NCBI GenBank assembly: GCA_964514585.1
Contig: CAZETU010000005.1
Coordinates: 1 to 64,000, forward strand
From: Candidatus Woesearchaeota archaeon
GTDB lineage: Archaea > Nanobdellota > Nanobdellia > Pacearchaeales > GW2011-AR1
Direction: 5' to 3'
DNA length: 64,000 nt
Each line of letters opens with the position of its first letter. The first letter of the stretch is position 1. A model generated the notes under the pieces. The model ran no database searches and was not told the origin of the DNA. It saw only the letters and a program-made list of their open reading frames with translations. Of the stretch, positions 58,001 to 64,000 are shown one piece after another. The position numbers were made by a program, and so were the translations under genes.

Positions 58001-59105
58001 CCTTAACACATTTATCAATTTTATAATCATAAAAATCTTTATCGCTACCATCTTCTCTATAAGGAATTTTCCAAGGAGCAACTAAAATCAATTTCTTTAT
58101 CTTCTGTTTTGTGTCTCCAAGCCATCTACCCAAAAAAGCACAACCACAACTATGCCCAACTAAAATACTATTTTCATTAATATCTAATTTATCAAATTCT
58201 TTTTTCCATTTTTTATAATCTGGAGCCCAAGGTTCTGGCATTAATGGAGCATCAACTTTAATATTTTCTTTTTCTAAATTATCCTTAAGCCACAATCTCC
58301 AATGTTTTTCATAAGACCTTTTCTCGGGGTCTCTTGGCTCATTACTATCTGGACACCCATGCACAATCACAACATTACTAATTTTACCCCCACCCTTTGA
58401 TATCTCAAAATCAATCTCAGTCCCATGCGACTTCCCAATCCAATTCCTCTGCATCGCCTTAGTCTTATCCGGCCAATCCATCTTGTCTAAATTCTCATAC
58501 AATTCATCAGCATACTCCGTCGTCTTCAAAAACCACTGTTTCAAATGCCTAACCTCAACTTCACAATCATCATGCCTCCAACACTTCCCCTCATGTACCT
58601 GCTCATTCGCCAAAACAGTATTACACTTACTACACCAATTAACCGCCGACGTCTTTTGATAAGCAAGCCCCTTCTCCAACATCTTCAAAAAAATCCACTG
58701 ATCCCACTTATAATAACTAGGCTCATGCGTCGAAAAAGTCCTAGACCAATCATAAGAAAGCCCAATCTCCTTCATCTGCCTCATAAAATTAGGAATTGTC
58801 TTATTTGTATAATCATCCGGATGTTCCCCAGCAAGGGTAGCCGCATTCTCCGCCGGCAACCCAAAAGAATCATACCCCATCGGGTATAAAACATTCATGC
58901 CACTCATCCGTTTAAACCGCGCCATAATATCCCCAATCGTATAATTCCAAGCATGCCCCATATGAAGCCCCGAACCCGACGGATACGGAAACATCTCTAA
59001 AACATAATAAGGATTCTTGCCCTTCTCAGAAACCCCAAAAACCTTCTCGGCTTCCCATCTATCCTGCCACTTCTTCTCTAGTCCCGCAAAGTCAATTTCT
59101 ACCAT
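55089..59105 (-). CDS. leuS: Leucine--tRNA ligase (bacterial-type core) carrying two alpha/beta-hydrolase inserts and a NUDIX insert
   Basis: HMGH, FTTRPDT, DWGVSRQRYWG, KMSKS; inserts have GHSCG, GHSMG and a Nudix box GGVDEGES..AAVREALEETG. Confidence 0.93.
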   Translation of the reverse strand: MVEIDFAGLEKKWQDRWEAEKVFGVSEKGKNPYYVLEMFPYPSGSGLHMGHAWNYTIGDIMARFKRMSGMNVLYPMGYDSFGLPAENAATLAGEHPDDYTNKTIPNFMRQMKEIGLSYDWSRTFSTHEPSYYKWDQWIFLKMLEKGLAYQKTSAVNWCSKCNTVLANEQVHEGKCWRHDDCEVEVRHLKQWFLKTTEYADELYENLDKMDWPDKTKAMQRNWIGKSHGTEIDFEISKGGGKISNVVIVHGCPDSNEPRDPEKRSYEKHWRLWLKDNLEKENIKVDAPLMPEPWAPDYKKWKKEFDKLDINENSILVGHSCGCAFLGRWLGDTKQKIKKLILVAPWKIPYREDGSDKDFYDYKIDKCVKENIDEAVIFTSDNEEDDGKKSVKLFEKDIGGKIIDLKNHGHFVFGSMGTHEFPELLNEINRVKEQVLILHGWEDTSKSGFIPWLKDKLENDGKEVFDFDFPDTNSPDFDEWMNFAEKKIKKNGLKNFSIVGHSMGGHLALKLAEKYNVDKLVLVSPVGFNPSDKYFSQFKNSLPKEELEIFKKYQSHGLDVDKVKNNARKIDFIFGADDPYINGEVVDFFKENFENVEILKGKKHMSDSEGVKKLEEVLEFFKKDKWPIFTTRPDTIFGVTFMVVSAQHANLDSLVTKGQREEVDKFLKKLKSVSEKDAGDLEKEGVFTGSYAVNPVNGRRVPVWAGNFVVADYGAGMVMAVPAHDARDFEFAKKYGIEVRQVVRPVYGEAHKDAVYRDTISVVVHRKSDDKFLLVKWKEFGWIAPVVGGVDEGESVEDAAVREALEETGYKTKFVRTLGEKVESYFYADNKKVWRARVDQPVLLELIDEKPVEVEEKEKNRHDAIWLGADEALEQMTHKDNCAGLLEYLGKSEAYVGGGKLCNSGEFDGVDNVEAKKKITSWLKKKGVGRDVVNFKLRDWGVSRQRYWGTPIPVIYCEKCGVVGVAEKDLPIELPKDVKFGDGNPLETNEKWLNVKCPKCGGKGRRESDTMDTFVNSSWYFLRYCDPGNDKAIFDPKKVKYWCPVDTYVGGAEHACMHLIYSRFYVKFLRDLGLIDFDEPAVRLFHQGMLHGEDGEKMSKSKGNGVLPEEVSSKYGIDTARFFLSSLASPDKNIDWSEKGINGSSRFVKKIFEFSDKITFGKDSKGLEIRINNVVKMVTGYYDNFEYRKATILIRALFGLIEAEKIVSKETYEKFLQLLSPICPHIAEELWEKIGNKGFISKSSWPKVDEKKILKKGEAGDFNGKVIENVKGILDKTEGDVEKVCIYVMPFEIGKIDEKKISKGVGKEVEVYAVNDAGKRDPENRAKKAKPGKPSVWLE

Positions 59106-59110
59106 ATCAA

Positions 59111-59407
59111 TTACCTATTTCCAATCTTTAAAAGATTTCCTTCTATATCATAAAAAACCGGAGCCCCAACAAAAAATTCTCCATGAAAATTCTTTTTCAA
59201 AAATTCCATCTTCCGCGCTCCCTTAGGAATTGCCCACCTATTCAAATCAGACCCCCGAATATCTTTTTTATCACAAAAAAAACATCCAACCAAACCCTCG
59301 TCCCGAAGAATTTTATATCCCCTAATTAAACCGTCTCGGCTTTCCCTAGGTAACGCAAATCTTCTTTCATAGACATAAGTCTCACAGGATAAATATTGTA
59401 CAACCAT
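59111..59407 (-). CDS. Hypothetical protein abutting IS copy 2 (possibly the 3' part of an interrupted gene)
   Basis: ATG directly at the IS boundary; MMRQTFK extension is IS-derived. Confidence 0.45.
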   Translation of the reverse strand: MVVQYLSCETYVYERRFALPRESRDGLIRGYKILRDEGLVGCFFCDKKDIRGSDLNRWAIPKGARKMEFLKKNFHGEFFVGAPVFYDIEGNLLKIGNR

Positions 59408-60073
59408 TTTAAAAGTTTGCCGCATCAAGAAATCTCCCTAGTTTAGTGGGGAGATGAATTGTGCTTCTAGTTGGCAAACTTTTGTCTTGGAAAATTATTT
59501 ATTCTAGAAAGTATTAAAGAAAATAGGAAGTTAATCCTACTTTCTCGAATGTAAACGTAGTTGTAACTTTCTGAAACTAAATAAACTTATCGGAGATTAA
59601 AATGAAATTTGAAACACGTAGCTACGCACATGCCGTCGGGGAATTCAACTACCACATCCAATTGACAGTTGCTTACCGACGAGAGATTTTCTCAAACGAG
59701 AAAGTTTTGAGATTGACAAGAGCTTATCTCGTCGAGAAATTGAAAGAAATTAATGTCGAACTCGTTTGCTTAGAATTTGGTCCAGAGCATGTTCACCTTT
59801 TTGTGACGAACTGTAAAAATTATGCGCCTTGTCAGATTGTGCAATTTTTGAAAGGTTTCTCGTCGAGAATGATGTGAAAGAATCACTTGGAACTCTTCAG
59901 GAATTTTCTTTGGGGCAAAAAGTTTTGGAGCGAAGGTTATTTTGCTAGGAGTATTGGATGTGTCACGACGGAGCGAGTTCGGTATTATATCGAAGATTCG
60001 CAAGGGAAGCATTGGGATTAGGTTTGGAAATTAGCTGGTCACGCTCCGGACTTTAGTCCGGGGTAGTTGACAA
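59408..60073 (+). mobile_element. IS200/IS605-family element (tnpA only), copy 2
   Basis: Essentially identical to 30963-31628; one difference noticed in the right hairpin loop. Confidence 0.9.
59602..60021 (+). pseudogene. tnpA: IS200 TnpA with the same in-frame TGA (59875-59877)
   Basis: Same translation as copy 1. Confidence 0.88.
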
Positions 60074-60183
60074 AATCAGCCGCACTTACAAGAGCACGAC
60101 AGTCAAGACTAACATTAATGCCAAAGCAGAAATCTGTGTTAATCCTTTCATGAAAAATTAAGGAAATTAAAGTTTATAGATGT

Positions 60184-61080
60184 TTACTTCTTCCCAAACT
60201 TCTTCCCTTCCTTAGCAATCTCTTCCCCAACCTCTTCAATAAGTTCTTTAACAAGATTAGGGCTAGTTAACCTCTTAATTTGCCTCAAAGACTTCTTAGC
60301 AGCCCTCTCCCCTCGACGAATCGCCTTCTTAGCCTTATGAAAATCCATCATATTAATTTTAGAAACCCTCGGACAAATAACAACATCAGCCTTATTCTTC
60401 AACAGCTCAAACTCACAATTCTCATGAGTCATCATATTAGAAGCACTTTGAAGCACTTTCAAAATATTAGGAAAAGCATGTTTCTTATCACTTCGCCTAG
60501 CAGTCGCCTCAATCGGAGGTTTACCTTCAAACTCTTCAACATTAACAACAATAATAATATCAGCCCCCTTCTTCTTCAAAATCTCAATAGGCAAAGGATC
60601 AACCACTCCCCCATCAACCAAATTCTTCCCGCCATTTCTCGTAGGAAAAAACACCCCAGGAATAGAAATACTAGATCGAACAGCCTTAGCAACATTTCCT
60701 CGATTAAAAACAATTTCCTGATTATTATCAATATCAAACGCAGTCACATAAAGCGGAATCTTTAAATCCTTAAACTTCAAATTCCCAAGCCGCTCATCCA
60801 AAAAATTCTCAATCCTCTTCCCCTTAATAAAGCCAGACCGCGAAATCGTATAATCAAAAAGCTTATTCAAATTCATACTCAACGCATCCTTCTTCAACTT
60901 CTTACTATTCATCTCAGCAGAATAAAGTGCCCCAATCAACGCCCCAATACTCGCCCCAGAAATCATATCAATCTCAATCCCATTCTCCTCAAAAACCTTC
61001 AAAACCCCGATGTGCGCAAGTCCCCGCGCTCCACCACTACCAAGAACCAACCCCACCTTCTTCTTCTTGAACATAAACAA
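60184..61080 (-). CDS. Patatin-like phospholipase
   Basis: GSGGARG, GASIG, DGG motifs. Confidence 0.92.
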   Translation of the reverse strand: MFMFKKKKVGLVLGSGGARGLAHIGVLKVFEENGIEIDMISGASIGALIGALYSAEMNSKKLKKDALSMNLNKLFDYTISRSGFIKGKRIENFLDERLGNLKFKDLKIPLYVTAFDIDNNQEIVFNRGNVAKAVRSSISIPGVFFPTRNGGKNLVDGGVVDPLPIEILKKKGADIIIVVNVEEFEGKPPIEATARRSDKKHAFPNILKVLQSASNMMTHENCEFELLKNKADVVICPRVSKINMMDFHKAKKAIRRGERAAKKSLRQIKRLTSPNLVKELIEEVGEEIAKEGKKFGKK

Positions 61081-61270
61081 AAATGGGATACAATCTTTAT
61101 AAGATTACTCTAGGTGCACCTTCAGTTCTCCTATCCTAACGCTTTTTTTCAAATCCTTACAAAGTCAAATTAAATAATAGTAAGATTTATATAGGTATAT
61201 CAACTGATATACCCATGAAAAAAAAGGGTGTCCTAGGGGAGCAAGCGGGATAAAGAGGAGAATTGAAATA

Positions 61271-61555
61271 ATGGGAAATAAAACTATTGTAAGGTCTCCT
61301 CGACTGGACACTGTCCTAATGGTAGAAGGGTTCATAAAAGAAAACGATGGAGAATACAAAAAAAAACAACTATGGGGAGAATTACCCAAGAAAATGATGT
61401 ATCAAACATATAGTACAATAATTGACTATTTGTTAATTTCAGGGAAGATTTCTGTAGATAGCCAAGGAAAAATTGGTTGGATATTCTATCCAGAACAAGC
61501 AAGAAAAAGACTCGAAAAAGCACATCTAACATGGAGAGGGCAAGGAAGAAAATGA
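61271..61555 (+). CDS. wHTH protein, probable antitoxin
   Basis: PRLDTVLMVE..LPKKMMYQTY..IDYL..GKI..IGWI; stop overlaps the start of the RelE-like gene. Confidence 0.6.
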   Translation: MGNKTIVRSPRLDTVLMVEGFIKENDGEYKKKQLWGELPKKMMYQTYSTIIDYLLISGKISVDSQGKIGWIFYPEQARKRLEKAHLTWRGQGRK

Positions 61556-61869
61556 ACAAGCCTTGTGAAGTCCAATTCGTAGATGAAAAAATAAAGGAAA
61601 CATATAAAAATACAGACGACCCATTGAAAAAACAACTAGAAAGAGCACTATATGATATAGAAGAAGACCCATTCTGCGGAATTCAAATTCCAAAAAAATT
61701 AATTCCAAAAGAATACATTCAGAAGTATGATGTTAAAAATATATGGAAATACAATCTCCCAGGAGCATGGCGACTTATTTACTCAATTGAGGGTGGAGAA
61801 GCAGTAGTTATAACGATAATTCTAGATTGGATGGATCATAAAGAATATGAAAGAAGATTCAAATATTAG
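61552..61869 (+). CDS. RelE/ParE-superfamily toxin-like protein
   Basis: Start MNKPC; LYDIEEDP..IWKYNLPGAWRLIYSI..HKEYERRF. Confidence 0.7.
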   Translation: MNKPCEVQFVDEKIKETYKNTDDPLKKQLERALYDIEEDPFCGIQIPKKLIPKEYIQKYDVKNIWKYNLPGAWRLIYSIEGGEAVVITIILDWMDHKEYERRFKY

Positions 61870-62187
61870 CTCACTCCAACCACCCCCAACACAAACCCAC
61901 AGTCTCTAACTTTATTTTATTCCGTGGAATAAACAACTCAATATCATTTCCAAATTAATATCTTAATATGTTTTGAAAGACTTCAATTATCGTATCGGAT
62001 TAGGAGTCCTTTCGGATTGACAAATAACCCGGATAAATTTATTCTTATACTCAATCTTAATATCCACAAAATCAAAATCCCCCCAAAATGCGACCGAGAC
62101 CCAACCCCAACCCCCAGTTGAAACATGTACCTCTTTCAAGTAGTAACAAAAGATAAGGTTTAAATAGTAATTAATCTTTAATATAGT

Positions 62188-62550
62188 ATGGCAAATAAAG
62201 CAGGTGAAGCATACGTAGTCTTTAGTTGTAGTGCTCCTAGAGATGTAGTTGAAGATATAACTAGATGTGCAAATGCAAATTCCGACTTAGAATTATCCCT
62301 AATGGATGAAAATCAGGAGTTTAATGGAGATACTCAATTAACCGATTTAGCCCAAGAGGCTAAAGAAAAGGGAAGAAACTATATGATTCACGCATCATAC
62401 CCGGATCATACAAATCCCGAAACAGTTGAAGAATTAAAAGTCGACTTTGATAATAAGGTTTATAATTCACCACAATTCCCAAGAGAAGAATCATTCCATG
62501 CAGAAATAGCGTACAAAAAAGAGGATGGACATTATTATATTATAGAATAA
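62188..62550 (+). CDS. Hypothetical protein
   Basis: 120-aa acidic ORF with an upstream TATA-like TTTAAATA. Confidence 0.55.
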   Translation: MANKAGEAYVVFSCSAPRDVVEDITRCANANSDLELSLMDENQEFNGDTQLTDLAQEAKEKGRNYMIHASYPDHTNPETVEELKVDFDNKVYNSPQFPREESFHAEIAYKKEDGHYYIIE

Positions 62551-62599
62551 TTATTTAGGGCATCAAACCATTAATAGACCTAGCGATTGGAGTGTTTAT

Positions 62600-64000
62600 C
62601 TATTCCTCTAACCTCTTCCTAAGCTTCCCAACCCTCTCACGAATCGCAATCGCCCTCTCAAACTCAAGGCACTCAGCCGCCTCTTTCATATCAGCCTCCA
62701 ACTCAATAATCACATTCGCAACCTCAGCCCTAGGTATACTCTTTATGTCCTTAATCTCCACAACCTTCTCCTTAATCGGCTTAACAATCGTCTGCGGCAC
62801 AATCCCATTCTTCTCATTATACTTCTCCTGAATTTTCCGCCGCCTCTCAGTCTCACCTATTGCCCCCCGAATCGACCCCGTAATATTATCAGCATAAAGA
62901 ACAACCCGAGCGTCCCTATTCCTAGCCGCCCTTCCAATAATCTGAATCAAACTCCTCTCATCCCTAAGGAAACCCTCCTTATCAGCGTCAAGAACCCCAA
63001 CAAACCCAACCTCCGGAATATCAATCCCCTCCCTAAGCAAATTAATCCCAACCAAACAATCAAACTTCCCCAACCTCAACTCCCGAATAATCTCAGTCCT
63101 CTCAAACGTATCAATCTCCGAATGCAAATACCGACACTTAATCCCATTCTCACCAAGAAAATCAGTCAACTCCTCAGCCATCCTCTTAGTAAGCGTAGTA
63201 AGCAAAATCCGATTCCCATCCTTAACAGTCCTCCGAATCTCTCCCAAAACATCCTTAATCTGTCCTGGATAATTTTTACTATCAATAATTTCTTCCAAAA
63301 CCTCAGGAACACCCGAAGCAACATTACTCCCAAAATGTTTTTTATTTTCATAAACCTTAAACTTAGCCCCCAATTTCTCAGCATTTTCCTCCCCTCTAAA
63401 AAAAGGTACAATAGAATCATCTCTCGAATGAATAACTACAAAATCTTTACAATGAGATTTTATTTTTTCAAAATCATAACCATCTTCTGTGTAAAATCCG
63501 TCACCACTTCCAGTTCTCCCCTCCCTATCAGGATTTCCAGAATTCGTACTCACCAAAATAACCCGCTTAACCTTTTCCCCCTTAGGAAGTTTTTCCAACC
63601 ACCTCAAAAGTGTGACACCTCCTCTAGAATGACCAACCAAAATACTGTTTTTATCAACCTTCATCTTATCAAGCTCATTGAACCATTCTTTCAAAACAGG
63701 CTCGCTCCCTTCGGGTAAAGTCGGAGCAAAAAAGTCAATTCCTTTATTCTCAATTTCTTTTCTCAGCCAAGGATACCACTTGTCATTCGGGAGAGCATTC
63801 TTGCCATGAAGAAGAATCACATTGCTAACTTCCTCTGTCTCACTAGAAGACGAAATCCCCCGAATCTCAACCTCAGGATCAATAAGCCCAGTCGGCCGAA
63901 TAATCTGCTCAACCACCCCCAAGCTATTCAGACCCTCATAATTCCCCGGCGTCGCCGAAACAAAAACAACCTTATTCTTTTTCATAACATCCTCAAACTC
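62600..64000 (-). CDS. uvrB: Excinuclease ABC subunit B (5' part outside window) with an alpha/beta-hydrolase insert
   Basis: FVSATPG, EQIIRPTGLIDP, TTLTKRMAEELT, VGINLLREGID, LIQIIGRAARN, LEFERA (UVR domain). Confidence 0.93.
   Translation of the reverse strand, partial: EFEDVMKKNKVVFVSATPGNYEGLNSLGVVEQIIRPTGLIDPEVEIRGISSSSETEEVSNVILLHGKNALPNDKWYPWLRKEIENKGIDFFAPTLPEGSEPVLKEWFNELDKMKVDKNSILVGHSRGGVTLLRWLEKLPKGEKVKRVILVSTNSGNPDREGRTGSGDGFYTEDGYDFEKIKSHCKDFVVIHSRDDSIVPFFRGEENAEKLGAKFKVYENKKHFGSNVASGVPEVLEEIIDSKNYPGQIKDVLGEIRRTVKDGNRILLTTLTKRMAEELTDFLGENGIKCRYLHSEIDTFERTEIIRELRLGKFDCLVGINLLREGIDIPEVGFVGVLDADKEGFLRDERSLIQIIGRAARNRDARVVLYADNITGSIRGAIGETERRRKIQEKYNEKNGIVPQTIVKPIKEKVVEIKDIKSIPRAEVANVIIELEADMKEAAECLEFERAIAIRERVGKLRKRLEE

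Noticed and set aside
61870-62160. G-rich short minus-strand frames (e.g. ..TGGWGWVSVAFWGDFDF..)
   Set aside because: Short, no clear start or motif; possibly a decayed gene but not assignable
9631-62602. Genome-wide TAG reassignment (code 15 or pyrrolysine)
   Set aside because: TAG ends conserved proteins at their natural C-termini (e.g. uvrB at 62600, RelE-like at 61869), and long genes are not fragmented by TAG. Only local readthrough remains possible.
9403-63718. Many long plus-strand ORFs opposite real minus-strand genes (e.g. 9403-10338, 26551-27588, 53221-54159, 63122-63718)
   Set aside because: Antisense shadows caused by strand-biased codon usage; Asn/Pro/Leu/Ile-rich with no motifs
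57234-63859. Inteins in LeuRS and UvrB
   Set aside because: No Cys/Ser-start and His-Asn-end Hint motifs or LAGLIDADG motifs; the inserts are alpha/beta-hydrolase or NUDIX folds

Overview
Archaeal chromosomal segment, most likely from a small-genome DPANN lineage such as Pacearchaeota or Woesearchaeota. This placement is inferred from TFS, TFE, CDC48, PolB, FEN1 and NreA, a short AlaRS, bacterial-type LeuRS and UvrB, and many orphan membrane proteins. A conserved backbone is interrupted by several accessory blocks. (1) An integration hotspot at the 3' end of cdc48, which is repeated three times. It carries a ~2,060-codon ATP-grasp plus 5x phosphohistidine-module gene split by one in-frame TAG, plus HIT, TrmB, RHH, SSS-transporter and APH-like kinase genes. 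(2) A DUF5320/DUF134 metal-redox operon. (3) Two near-identical 666-bp IS200/IS605 tnpA-only elements that share the same in-frame TGA. (4) A ~7-kb higher-GC orphan island with pilin-like and coiled-coil membrane proteins and many RNA hairpins. The most unusual observations are related RBBP9/YdeN-like serine-hydrolase domains inserted in frame in two unrelated housekeeping genes (LeuRS twice, UvrB once) and a complete bacterial-type ECF sigma factor next to TFE. No CRISPR array, rRNA or integrase was seen. All family calls come from motif recognition by eye; no database searches or GC calculations were run. Some single-base frameshifts may be sequencing errors.
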